Origin: Raillietiella orientalis
Taxonomy: Eukaryota
Direction of reading: 5' to 3'
Length of the DNA: 64,000 nucleotides
NCBI GenBank assembly: GCA_036172245.1
Contig: JAYWIR010000005.1
Location: 1,984,001 to 2,048,000, forward strand
Shown: piece by piece, positions 26,700-39,800 of the stretch
Layout: the number at the start of each line of letters is the position of its first letter
How positions within the stretch are numbered: position 1 is the stretch's first letter
Translations under genes and position numbers: made by a program
Notes under the pieces: model-generated
Databases searched by the model: none
The model's input: the letters and a program-made list of their open reading frames with translations, nothing else
Told to the model about the DNA's origin: nothing

Positions 26700-27800
26700 A
26701 GCCAACACGAGTGCGGCTGATCCCCGGTTCCGTTATCTACTGACATCAATTTCGGGGACCCGTGTGTTTGAGCTGTGCTTTCGGCCTGAATGATGAGGAA
26801 ATTGCAAATTCAAAAGTGGAAAGGGAATTCGCGCTTGGGACCAAATCCGCAAGAGGCGTCGTAAAACGGGAAACCATCGTTCTGTGGCGTATCAGTCCAC
26901 TATGGAAGTTCCATCTTCCCTGGGCTTTGTTCAGCGTTTCGAAGCGGAACTTGGGAAACCAGAATGCTGGAGGCAGAGAGATGCCAGCTATCATTTTGAC
27001 CGAGCGTTCTTCAGAAACAGGAATACGGCATCCATCTGGCGCAGAGGCGATATCAGCAGGATTCGTTTGCTCACCGTTCCACCAGTCCCGTTCCCTTTGT
27101 TCACAAGTTTGCAGGATTTCTTTCTCAACATTCCTTTCCGGGTATGGCGTCTTTACGTCTTGTCTCTGAGAGGTGGACCCCTCGGACACATCCATGGAGA
27201 TGATCCCGGAAATTCCTTAATGATGCCTCCGACGCACCAATGCGAAGTGAAAATAAGGGACTGTGTCGCACCCAGCACAACTACTGCTCTGCATGGAATT
27301 CGGAGTGGTAGCCAGTTGATGTGCAACTTGAAACAAAATCGACCTTAAGTCGATCTTAAGCGTGGTCCAAAAGACCACACTTAAGAGTAGGAAGTAAAGA
27401 CGACGACTGAAAGGTGCATCTGGAAGTACTCGCAAAGGCACCTGAAAATCACGGCATTCCCTTTTCATTAGCCGTCGTGGTCCAGCGGCATGGGCAAATT
27501 CGATCTTCCAGAAGGAGAAAACTCTGTTAAGAGCACGCTGGTTCTTCCTTTGGCAAACGCAGTGGGCTTCGGGGATCTCCTCAGGTGTGCCAGGGGAAAT
27601 ACGATAGGTTTATCATTTTGGACTCTCCTGAAGAGAAAATGAGATCGAAAGAGATAGAAGACAGAAGGTGCGCGGTAGGTCTGAAATTCCTGCAGCGGAA
27701 TTTCTCGGAAATCATCACTTCCTTCGAGTCTTGAATTTTTGCACACACCTTAAAAGAGTGGACGTTACTATCAGCGTGCTCATCGAATGCCTCAAGGCGG
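26700..27800 (-). mobile_element. Degenerate L1-like APE endonuclease region
   Basis: SNVHSFK...IPLQE at the start and GRWNFHSGLI (L1 G.WK.N.SLL-like) at the end; many frameshifts. Confidence 0.45.
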
Positions 27801-28859
27801 TTCGGTTCAAGCCTTGTTCGGGGACTCAAAAAGGCTTCGCCCTTGGAAGAAGTTCCGCGGATCGATGATGACACTCGCGTTGGACCACATGAATGACGAG
27901 ATGAGCATCGAATCCTTTCTCTTCTCGAGTTTTAGTGAGACGGCGGTCATCGGATGGGATTCTCCGATGCCGCCGAAAACTTTAGATGGCACGGTTTGCG
28001 TGGGGTGCTGGTCATGCAGGGAACTCTCTGGATTCTCGGAAGTAAGGAAGCCTGAAACACTCTTCCGTGTTTCGGCTCGAAACTCAGCGCCCATCCTTTA
28101 GCTGCGGGTGCCGTCGAGAGGGAGCAAATCGACTTTTCGAACAAATCCGTCAACACTTCAGAGAAGAACGAGGGCGCTTCCTCTGGTTACCTCCTCTTGC
28201 AATGCTCTAAGAGCAATTGTTGCGCAGCACCTCTTGCGGAAGATGACTGCTTGACATTTTCGCCATTCTCCCATCCATGTAGCAAACTCTTGCTCGTTTC
28301 ATTTGCTAGAAACTGCTGGAAAACTTCATCTGTCTTTCGGCGAGCTGTTTTCACCATGGTCTTCCTTCAACATCAAATATTTAGATGTGGCGCAAGAGGT
28401 CTAAAGACACTCATGATGGAACTCTGCTTCTACTAATTCTGAAAAGAGGTGTCGCTTATTCCACATGATTCCTGCTGGTGCTGGTCACCGGGACATCTTA
28501 ATCCTCCGGTAGAGAGGGAGTCATCTGAAGCGTGTCGCGGGCGATGAGTCCAATAAATATTCCTGCTGTAGTGGACATTTGATACACCGCGTCTTCTCCG
28601 CATACAATAGAGATAGAGCGAGCAGGTCCTTGAGGACTACATCTATTCTTGGCATCTCCTGTTCCACTTGCATCCTGTCAGATGCCAATTCTTGAAATCT
28701 CATCAACTTTCTTTTCCGTGTCTTCACTATCAATCTAGAACGCGTCGTCTCCATTCTCGAATGGACACATCACATCCAGGATTATTATCCTGTTTTTTTT
28801 TCTGGAGGACTAATCCAGGGCTCAAGGGAGAGTTGGCACGAGGGACTTGTTGATTTGCG

Positions 28860-29543
28860 GATGGTGACTGCCACTTGCAAGCGGTGGCGTTTCTTAGACC
28901 CTCTGAAATGGCAAACCGTGGAAATGGGATATTTTACTGCTTCCGCACTGGGGATTCCGGCGCACCCACCGCATGCACTGATTTTGAGGGGAGTAGCATC
29001 TCCGAACTGTTCCAGGTCCAACAAGGGGAGACAGGATCTTTCCTGCACCCCTTGTTGGACTGCGATGCCCTCGCGGACTTTTGGCGGACACCCGCTTCAG
29101 CGCTCCTCCATCCAGAGAACACCACCAAGGAATTCTTTACGCAAGGCTGTAGGTGTCGTGATTGCAGCGAGATTTTTCATCGCTCCATCGTTACAGGGTA
29201 TCATGAGCTGGAGTCTCGTTCCGAGCAAATGGAAGGCCATAGGCATATCAGCAGCCTTGATGAGGGCGGCTGCGAGATGACCTCACCCGTAAGAAGTTTC
29301 CAGGGTGGTCACCAGCATTCAGCGCCAGCTGTAGGAAGAAAGGAACAGCTAAGAGAAGGGCCTCTGTTCCTTCTCTTTGCCTATTTTTTTTTTACTTTAT
29401 TCATCGTCCCCCTCCCTTTCGCTCCAAACTGCCCTAAAAACCGGCCTGAGAACTCGCGGTCATCACCAGGGAACTTGCGCTTTTGTGAATCATTGTGATT
29501 AATTTATTTTTTAATGAATGTCCCGGCGTGACCGGGTAAAAAA
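28860..29543 (+). mobile_element. L1/Tx1-clade family L 3' end (copy d)
   Basis: PNCSRS...HPLLDCDALADFWR; ALMRAAAR*PHP; T-rich UTR; terminus AATGAA-TGT-CCCGG-CGTGA-CCGGG-TAAAAAA (29513-29543). Confidence 0.7.
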
Positions 29544-30849
29544 CGATAGCATCGTGTCTTGAACAAATAACTCGTTTGCATTTTGGCAGCCCTGCTCGAA
29601 GGAGAGAAGAGACGTTGGTCCCTGGTCACTGGATAACGACTCCTTGAAGAGTTCTTTCTGCTTTCATGAAATCTAAAGTGACGGTTTTGTCCAAATGAAG
29701 CCAGGAATGATTACCATAGTAGGAATCTGATTAATACTCACCAGATTTGGGGCACACAGCACTGCTGGAAATGGAATTCTGAAGTAACGGACGGTCTGTC
29801 ATTGATGACTACATCAGTCTGCAGACTTGCAAGACCGTCAACACCAAAGGTGAACAAGATGTATTCGATTGTCCCCGAGAGGGAAAACACAGCAGCGGCA
29901 TCTATCGGCAAACCTGGCCTGGAAATGGTGTCCAGGTCGGGTGTTCGCCAAGAGGGTTCAAAGTTCAGGAGAAGAATATCGAAAATTCAGGAAACCTAAA
30001 GGAAGGCATGCAAGGAAATTCTTAGCACCAGAAACCAGACGGAGGGGAACATGACCTCCTGATCTGAGGGAACGGGTCCAGCGTAGTCCTGCCATAGTCG
30101 AGGTGCTCAAGCAAGCCATCTGCAACGGCAATTGCTTCCAAACGGAGAGCAGCCACAGGTGCAGTAGATCTTCTTATCAGATTGGCAGGGCTTGCAAGAG
30201 TGTTTCAAGACGTGAATGGTGAAAAATCACACGGCTCGGAGGAATTACAGGGTCACTTAGGAAGTAGAGGAAGCGGCAGTTGAAAGATACGAAGCGGTCA
30301 TGACGACGTTTAGGTGAGTTCAACTCAAATACGTTCATCTTCACTTCCACTCATTGGGAATCCACGTTCTCCACGCCAGCCCACACGGCTGCTAGGGTCA
30401 CATACGCCTACGAGCCGGTGGGAGTTCCTGCGACACATCCCCCGCCATGTGGCAGACAAGGAGAGCAGCCCGTTTTACTCGTAAGAGCATGACATGGTGC
30501 GATTATGGCAGTGGAGAAACGACCTCTGCCCGGTGAGACGCTCAAAGAAGTCTGTTTTGCCGGGACTCCCTTCATCTGGAAGGCGTCATTTCGGTCGGGT
30601 TGATATCTCCTAAGATCTCGGCAGCAACCCAAGATTAGTTGAATCCTACGAAAGTCAGTGGAGCGAGTGACTTTTATCCAGTGTCTTTTCGTGGGGAGAA
30701 CCAAAAAGGATTCTGCATCCGGAAACACCTAAAGTCGTCTACCTATAAGGATCCCTTTTTCTGTCTACACGATCACTTTTGACTGGAAATCTACCGAACC
30801 AGGTTGAACAGAGTTTCTTTCTTCAACCACCGCTCTTTCTACAGCCTAT

Positions 30850-31400
30850 GACTCTCACAATCTGATAGTGCTCTCAGTCTCTGATGAAAATCCATCTAGC
30901 AGCCTCCGCTCTTAAATGTGCTTCCCGAGAGCTCAAGGAAAGCCAAGAGTCTGCTTCTGTGAAGCTCCTCTCGTGGAAATGCCAGCAGCACTTGCCCTCG
31001 GAATCGCATTGACCGGAATCTTGCAGCTTCGGTCTCTTGTAGTCTAACGCACCCGTGAAGTGCTTGCCACCAGCCATCTGGATGAGACGATCCACTTGGT
31101 GTTTCATTCATTTTCATTTCTGTCCCTCAGCTTCTTTCTTTCACTCACATCGTGCCGTTTCCCGCACATCTGTTGCTTTGCAGAGCCTCTGATGGAATAC
31201 CCACGCCATCCGCCCTGTTGCAGGCATTCTTGCGGCTGGTCTGACATTTTGGTTATTGTCCAATCCCTTCCACGATGTCGAACGTGCGGAATATGTCTTT
31301 CTCCCTCCCCGGCAGTTCTAGAACCGACCAAACATCTTGCTGAGAAACAGAATTTCAACGACCGAGCTGACAGGCGAACGGGAATTCTCCCAAAATCTCA
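30850..31400 (-). mobile_element. Degenerate LINE ORF1 zinc knuckle / ORF2 start
   Basis: SDQPQECLQQGGWRGY...MCGKRH (gag-like knuckle remnant) followed by CVRLQET (APE motif). Confidence 0.4.
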
Positions 31401-31879
31401 CAGGTGACCTGTGGGAATTCTCCGTGAAGAATGGCACAGACCGGATCGTGAGCTTCCTTTTGCTTTAGCACTGAGTGGTCCGAAGCAAATAGCTTCATTC
31501 TTCAGATGGTGTGCAATGTTCTGGTCTCCCCTTTCTTTCCATCCTTCGCTGTAGGTTCAGGAATTCGTCCGCCGCTCGTTTTCTGATTCTCTCCTCGAAC
31601 GAACCCCATATGCCTGTGCTGTCTTACGAACGACTCTTTACCTAGGAGCACACGGTGCACTTCTTGTGTTTTAACTGACATCCTTGAAAACTCTCCTGTG
31701 GAAGAGTGGATCGTTTTAAGGAACGTCGACCGGTGTTCATTCAGTGCGAAGAGAAAGAAAGCCAAAAAAAAAAAAAAATGGAAGTAATCAGAGAAGAATG
31801 GGTGAGGCGATTCGAAAACGCATTTAGCAGAGTGGTGGGTCCGTTCAGTTTGATCGCAGGCGAAGTCATCCGACTGGTG

Positions 31880-32200
31880 TTTACACCCAGATATGACAGG
31901 GCATTTATTTTCTCAAATAAAAATACCGTTAATTTTCGCGTGGTGAACCCAAGAGCTCACCACATCAAGACAGCCTGCTGCCTGCCGGTGTTCGACCGGC
32001 GAGGTCCTTCCGACGCGCTGGGGTAGGAAGAAGGAAACAAAAGGAAACAAAAAGTTCAAACGTGGGGAGGGAAGAAATGGTTTGGGTATGGGAGGGCGGG
32101 GAAGGGATCACAGTGGGCGTGGAGGGGTCCCCTAGATCCTGTTCAGGATCCTAGCAAGCTGCGTTCTGCTAGCACCCAGGTGGGGCCATCCGACTAGTGC
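31880..32200 (-). mobile_element. L1/Tx1-clade family L 3' end (copy e)
   Basis: gaagggatcacagtg...gatcctgttcaggatc block, A-rich (+ strand) UTR, terminal AATAAA-TG-CCCTG..CTGGG-TGTAAA at 31909-31880. Confidence 0.6.
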
Positions 32201-33899
32201 TGCAAGTTCACCGGGTCCCTGTAGTGTCACGTGAACGCGATTGCGCGCAAACGGGGTGCTTCCAGGATGTGGATAGTTTGGAAGGCAAGCGTTCCGAAGG
32301 GAAACCCCGAAAAGTTTCCCGAAAACAGTCGGCACGCGCGGACCAACGTGCGCCAAACAAAAGGCTCAAAGTGTGAATTCTACTGAGGAGCCTGGAGAGA
32401 AAAGCACCCAAGAGATGGGTCGGATTGCAGTCTGCAACAAACGCAGATGGCAGTCTCGTGTGACGGTGGATGAAAATCCTTGGTGAAAACCTGAAATTCT
32501 AAAATTAAAAAAAAACAAAAAAAACTGCTTCCACATCCTATTTTATGATCTAATGGAAGACATGAAAAGAGTCAGTGACGCAAATAGCCCATTAATCAAG
32601 TGAACGGAAAAGCACTTCAACAGTGCTCAAAAGTGTTCAAGTCACTTCACCACAAAATGACAGGAATGTCACGTGAAGACAGATACGCATTTTATTTTGA
32701 ATCTCGTTCTGGCTTTCAAACATCACCGTAAATCTCATTTGAGTTTTGATGGCCACAGCCATCCCTTTGGTTGATTTCAGGACATGGAATCTTTTGAATT
32801 CGATCAATTAGCCGGTTGTCGGAATGCGGTAAATCCAGGAACAACCTCCCTTTAGATCAATATTCCTCCCGAAGGAACGTACGACGCCTCACATTTTACC
32901 TGTGAGTGCACTACCCTCCAACTGATGGTTTCTACTGATCTAATTTCTTGGATATCCTCTGACACCCTTAAGCAGGCAGTGATCCAATTCTCCTTATGCC
33001 CGATTCACACAGTCTCCAAGTATTTCTTCCACACTGTAATTTGTTTTCTGACTTCATGCAAATGCCTCATTCCGTGACCCTGCTGTTTGTGCGAGCTTCG
33101 TCGCCTGCAGCCCAAAACAGCGCCAGATTTCTTCCCCTTACAGCATCACAGTATTGAAACTCACTGAGATGACCATCCCAGAGCGTCAAAGACTTTAGAA
33201 ATGCTTTCGTCGTATTCAGTTTTAAAAACACAGAAACATTTTAAAACCCTCCACATTCCAGCAGTCCATTGCAACATGGATACATTACAACAAAGTACAA
33301 AACTATACAATCTCTCCAATCACTGTATACTTTCCGTTCGGTTGATGCAATGTGGACGCACTGTAATCTGCTACTGACTAGTGGTGTCAGCCCACTAAAA
33401 CTGCCTGACTAATTTCGAGAAAATGCACCTTTCAGAAAGTTTCTATACAGCAAATATCAATCATATATTGATTTCCATGAGCTAAGAAATCTGTGAATAT
33501 GGACCACACCCGGGTATCCTAGGAACTTTATGCTGAACGAGGAACCACGCAGGAATAAAAGAGCAGGTACACTTGAAAAACATCATTAGGAGTCACTGAA
33601 ACTGGGGGGAGCAAGCCGAAAAGGCAGTTTCCTGTGAAGTGAGAAACTGCAGGAACCTGTTTTCAGCGTTTCCCCTCAGTTCCTGCAGCTCTCAGCTGTC
33701 GTCTTCACGAAGTGAGGATCCAGCCGTCAGTCTATGGCACATCAAAAGTTCGTTTTAACCTCAGGATCATGCAGCCGTGAATTAATTAATGCTGAGGTCA
33801 ATTAAGCACTCTTTTCACTTGTACTGCGTACTTGCTGATGTACGCATGACTGCTTTTCAATAGGCTGTCGATAATAGAAGCACTTCAAGTGGAACGTGC

Positions 33900-34220
33900 A
33901 TGTACACATCCCTATTACTACACAGAAAGAATCGTAAAAATGCACACTTAGAAAATTCACTAAAATGCATGTGGGATGAGGATTTTCCTTGGAATATGGG
34001 GCGGCGGCGACGAGGTCTCCTCACGTTATTGAAGTCACCTAATTTCATTGCTGATTGGTTTCTACCGGAATGGGAAAATCCGTTTCGGCGGTGCAAGAGA
34101 AAGAGAGAACGCTTCTGGAACAACGACGGAATGTCCGAGCTGCCAAAGCAGGAACGCAACGCGTTCAGAAGGGAATCATCAAACCCTTTAATCACAAACG
34201 GGAACCTTCTGAGCTGAGGA
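33900..34220 (+). mobile_element. Possible degenerate L1 APE fragment
   Basis: GRRRRGLLTLLK (RGVAIL-like) and PKQERNAF (Y.P....R..F-like); weak. Confidence 0.3.
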
Positions 34221-36699
34221 ATGTCGTTCTTTGGATTCTTTTCTGCATTTATTGGTGAAGTTTGCCTTCTCGAATGAACTTAGCGTTCCTCAAGGAGGAA
34301 ACGCGCTCTGTTTGCGAGCGGATTCCTTCTTGAATGAAGAAGAGGGAATGGAAAAGAAATAGCGATCGTGTCTCAGAATCACGAACGGCAGCTTTCCTCC
34401 ACCTCACTCCATGGGACGAGTAGAAATTCCAGACCGATTTTGGATCCGTTGAAGACTGCCTGCTCTCCACCTAACGACATGGAGCCCTATAAGGAGAACT
34501 CTCTCCTTTCACGGTGAAGAAAGACGTCATCTTTGGCGAATTACGGAATATGGGGGGGGGCGCATTCCCATAATTCAGGCTCGTGACGTCTTCTGCCAAT
34601 GTGTGCACACACAGCTTGCAAAGTGATTGCACAGTTCCCGGAATGAGTGTGTAATTTCAAGGAAACGCTGCACGGAGACCGAATCAGGGCTGCCAGGTAC
34701 TTTGTTTCTTGAAGAATTGTTCGGGTCTGTTCCCAAGAAAACTGATTCCTTTTGAACCCAACGTTTGTAGCTCAGGGATTCGGTTTCATGATTACATCCC
34801 GTAGCTCTTCAGCATTTTCCTTTTGCAGAATTACCAAAACCCCTTTCGTTGACTGCAAATCACTTTGGAGCGAACAGTGTTGTTTCTGTATAATTAGGGA
34901 ATCAGCAAGCGCAGTTCAAGTGCCCGCCCACCTATAGGACTTCATAATCATTAAGTGGGGCTCAGGCAGTCTTGAGTTTCTGCTCGTCCCAGTGGAGTGA
35001 AGTGGAGGAAAGGTACCATGGTCCACCATCTGAGTGATCCATCGCGTTTCAAGAAGAATTCGCGCGCCAATCACAAAAAAAATTCCAGTCTTGCTTTTGT
35101 TTGTCCTGACTCAAACAAGCAATCAAGAGTAAGCTATCAAGGTGTTCTTCCTTCCTTCCTCCTTGAGCAACTCAGAGAGTAATGGAAGAACATCCGGACC
35201 GGCTCCTCTTAAGTGGGGGCCCAGCTTCGGAGAAAGAACACTCGCCTCCTTATGGAGATCGTCCAGAGCCATCAAGCGCACCAAGACACATGCTATTCGA
35301 TCCGCTTCGAAGGCCAAGAAGCTCAGAGACGGCCAATCTTGAAATGAGGAAGGCTGCGGCACGCACTGCTACCACAGGACCCTCCATCCTCTATCTCTGT
35401 CTCCGCACTGTCCCCTTGACGTTGATGGCGCCCATCGGAGCTGTCGACGTGGGAGCGCTCTCGCATCTGTCCCGGGATGGAATAAATGTGACCTCAGCAA
35501 AAGGACTGCCGATCAGCCATAGGTGCGGATTTGATTCTCTGTCTCACCTGTACCTAGACAGAAAAAAAAAAAAAAGAGCTACAGGTGCTCTCAATTTTCC
35601 ACCGCAATACTGAGCCAGCATTCATGTGAATGCCTCCCCCGTCACCACGTCCATCAAAGTGGATTTCTGCCCGAAACCAACAAGAAGAATAAAGTTGCAT
35701 TTTGAGAAAGAGCAGCTTCTCGGTTGTCATCCAGGATGCCATGGCAAAGAAAAGCTCATCACAAGTTCTCATCTTTTAATCGGGGCTCTTGAAGATCCCT
35801 TCGAAATTCATAGCTACTAACATGATTCACATATTGAATTTACACCTTCACTCGGCTTATGTACGAACACTCGCATGTTGATATTTTGCAGCAAATCAGT
35901 AGATCCATTCGACGGCCTTAGGTCACGTTCGGTTTCCTTTTCTTCTGATCGAGTCTTCCGTCTGCTCAGAAATGGTCAGCAAGTTTCATTATATAATTCT
36001 GGAAATTTCGATTCTTGCTGCAGCGGTCTTGGAAGAAGATTCGTCCCGAATGGAGCACAAATTCCGCTGATGGCACGGCAGATCTGAAAGCAGCACGAGC
36101 CTGGATTTTCCCATTCAGGAAATGCTGTTGTCCGGACGCGGAAGAATTCTTCGAAAGGGGTTTAAGAGGAGTACACCCTGCCGACTGGATGAATCAGCGC
36201 CCTCCCAAATTCCGGAAGCTACAGCGCCGCTTCCAGCATTATCACATGCAGTTTCCTCGCAGTTATCTCCCACGCAGGTGTCCTTCATGGTTGCTGGTTG
36301 GCCTGCTACCTCGCTCGCCGTGTTCCTTTCCCTCTTGTTTCCTATCTGACTGACTTTGTGATCTAGAGTAAAGAGCTCGAGGAATCAGTTCGCGCTGAGT
36401 TGGGAAGAAACCTTAAGGATTCCGTTCTGGAATGCAGCAACAAGTAGTCTCTTATTTACCAGAAGACTGCTTAAAGACGATATGCTTTCAGTATAGTCAT
36501 TTGAAGAGCTTCAAGATTCATCATGAGTGGCTGCTGGAGCACTCCGTTCATTTCGTAATTACCTACAAGAAGGTCATTTTTTCGATTGGTGCCTCCGTGC
36601 TCGTGCAGCCATTTGGAATGTGGATCTCAGAAAAACACACACTCAAGTGACTGTTCTGTTAGGGATGGCGGTTTACAGCTTGAGAGGGACCCGCAGATT

Positions 36700-37446
36700 T
36701 GATGATTTTCGGAACTTTGGTCAGCAAGGACAACTTTTAGCGTTCCCTCTTGAAAAGCTCTTTAACACTTCCACGCCACCTGAGAGTGGGTGTTAACTCT
36801 TCAGGCTAAGGAGTGCTCCAGTTTGGGACAACCCTATGAATCCAGGAAGGGCTCTGGAAAAAATGAGCTCGTTCCTCTCGCGCCCAAAGGGAACCTCCTT
36901 CCTTATTCTCTCCGGACCCCAGGAAGTAGCAGCTCTATTGTTTCTTTTCCAAAGGAATCCGGAAAGGATCATTTATTGGAAGTTCTTTTCCAGAGGGAAC
37001 CAGAATGGAACTTCTCCTTGTTTACTTCTCTGAAGAGAACCCCGAGAGAACACTTCCCAATTTCTCTGAAGGACCTCTCTGCTAAGGGAGCAGCGTTCTT
37101 CTTCACACTATGGAGAGGTATCAATCCACCAGCCCCCATGGTACGAGATGGTGGGGACAACTCCCTTTTCAACAACCGGTGGAAACCCCAAAGGGCTCCT
37201 TGGTTCCTGGAAATGCCCTGGAAGGTCAGCTTCTAACCCTGGTCACTCAACGGAGGCATCCGATTTGCGGCTTCCACCAGTGGCGCACCCGAAACCTACG
37301 GGCCAAGCAGAGTCATCCTGCGGGGAGAACTCGAAATGCAAAATGCACCCATTTCTCGGAGTCGCTCCGCCATGTGGAGAAATGGGCACATGGCACCCAC
37401 AGCACTTGGTGCCACGTGCAGAGGCCACAGCCACGCGGCCTCCAAC
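36700..37446 (-). mobile_element. tRNA-SINE-like family S, copy 3
   Basis: gctctttaacacttccacgccacctgagagtgggtgtt, ccctatgaatccaggaagggctc, internal array, degenerate head. Confidence 0.8.
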
Positions 37447-39240
37447 TTCGGAATTCTCACATCCGAACTCCTTTCTACCAACACTCTAAGGGATGAGGAG
37501 GAATCCAGGGAGGATTTTTCTTGGGATTTCCAAGATGGCCATTCCCTCTATCAAGACGAATTTGGGAGGGTGAAAGTGAAAGAAGCTCACAGAATTCTCG
37601 CACCTATCAATAGTTCCCGGTTTTCTTATTATCAAATTTGCAAAGTAGCGGATAATTTTATTAACATTAATAATTTTATGAATCTCGTGAATCATGAGAA
37701 AAATGAAACTGTCCACTAGTCTATGATGCATTATCCCTAGAATATTGAAATTCCAGTGAGAGTCGGAGTGGCATTTCTCACCAATATAAGGCAGCTTTCA
37801 GATCATTTGAAAAGAACAGCATCCAAGCTCCATGCAGCGCAAGATATTCCAGAAGCAAAGAGCAATTTTCTTCGAAATGTTGTGAGGAATTTTTAGAAAG
37901 TCAATAAGCGAGTAACTTTGCATTTTCTAGCTTTTTTTAAGTCATGAGAGGTTCAGCACCCTCTAGTTACCTTGAAAGAGATTAGGCACTCCAGCGCTTT
38001 AGCCAAAGAATTTGGCTGCGAATAAAAGGTGGTTTGCATCTTCTGCCTTTGTTAGTTTTTCCTACTGTTTAGATCCATGACTATGAATCCTCTTCTTTTC
38101 CAGCAGATGCTGACGAACTTATTTCCGCGGACGTGCTTTGCTTCTCTGCCTTAACGAGTCATTTGAACACAGCTGCGGGTGTCTCCGAAATGCATCCTGA
38201 AATTACGCGCCACTTGGAGCGAATTCCACTCTCCCTTTCTCGCGCTATTCGCCACATTGATTCCCTGCTGTTCTTACCAATTAATCTCCTTTAGGGAAAT
38301 TAAACTGCTGAACTTTCGAAACAACCAGCTGAAAGTCTGCCCATGGCAGCCTCTCCTCTCCAACTCGAGCTTTTAGGAGACCCAAGGCCCTTGCATTATT
38401 TCAGCAACAGGACATGCTCCAGGACACTTTTCATCTCTGAGAGTATATGAGAACCAGTTATTTCCTCTTAATGGATGCATCGTTAGCTGTTCTCATTAAC
38501 ATTTCGCAGCAGATTTTGAAATGGCAACTGATCCAGTGCTTTGTAGGTGTGTCAGTTGCTACAGCGAAGGGCGCATGCAGATTCCAACTTTCCACGTTTG
38601 GGAAAGAGAAGCACAAATACAGCATGTGAATAGAAATGGTGTGCACTTTGATAAAATGCAGGAAGTGAGCACGTTTCATCCGTGTACATGGAGATTTTTT
38701 TTCGCAGTGCTATCGTGCAGCTGTAAAAGATGCAGCCGAGATATGCGTCCATTACAGAGAAAATAGCAGGAATGTTCCAGAGGAGCAGAAACTTGCTTCG
38801 GATCGTAGAGAAGCAGGGGTAATGCCTATGGGAGGATGCAGAGTTCATGAAGCCAAAAGCCTTGAGGATTAAAGGCCATGAAGCAAGTTTAAGCATATAG
38901 ACAAAGCAGAAAGCATCCATGGGATGGCATCAGATTACTCTGGGCGGGCGTGACAAAAGAAGTAGCAAACGGACTCGGGTGTGGATGCAAGGTTGCTGAA
39001 GAATTCAAAGACACATCCACATTGATCAGATGGAAGACAGAGGGATGTGAGTCCGTTCACCGGGATGGCTATGGAACGGAAAGGTTTGTCAAAATCAGCA
39101 GGAGGATATGCATTATCGGTTCCAGAAGGTTCAGCAAAATCGACGATAGAAAGAGCTTTAGGAGCAACGACTAAAGATAGAAGACACAGCCGGCTGGAAA
39201 GTGCACTTCACTGTGCGCGGTAAAGTACAATTCAGTGATT

Positions 39241-39800
39241 TCACAACCGGGTGCGCTGGGGCGTTTATTTCTCTTAGAGGGATCAATGAAGCCAAAGGGC
39301 TCACCTATCCCAATTATTACATCAAAACTAAGAGTCCAGCAAGGTCCATCACGTACACGAAGGGGAAGGGGGCTGAAACAAAATTAGAACAAAAAGAAAA
39401 CAAACTATGACAAACAACAAAAAAAAAACAAAACAAAAATTATTTGGGGGGAAGGGAAAGGATCACATTTCGCGGTGGGTAAGGCCTCTGCATCCGCTGA
39501 AGGATGCCGGCGAGCTTCTCCTTCTCCCTTTCCAGGTGTGGCCACCTCAAAGCTATCTGCAGGAAGCGGATGGCGTGCAGGGCAGCCCCCCCTTCTCTGC
39601 GGCCTCCCTCGGCGTCGCACTTCGCCGCGACGACACCGCGCACTCAGCACAGCGCTGCGATGGCGGCTGCGGGCGCCATGGCGTCCCGCACGAAGAGAGG
39701 GCCTCGAAGAGTGTCTGGGATCGTCCACGGGGTGCGGAAGGGACGCAGAGAAACGGGAAAGTTCCCCGAGAGCGACACACTGCACTATGAGGTGAGGGAA
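39241..39800 (-). mobile_element. L1/Tx1-clade family L 3' end (copy f)
   Basis: RGVVAAKCDAEGGRREGGAALHAIRFLQIALRWPHLEREKEKLAGILQRMQRP; degenerate terminal motif at 39269-39241. Confidence 0.7.

Noticed and set aside
30161..30180. GCAGTAGATCTTCTTATCAG, 16/20 match to U2 snRNA
   Set aside because: Short, mismatched and with no adjacent Utopia end; compatible with chance.
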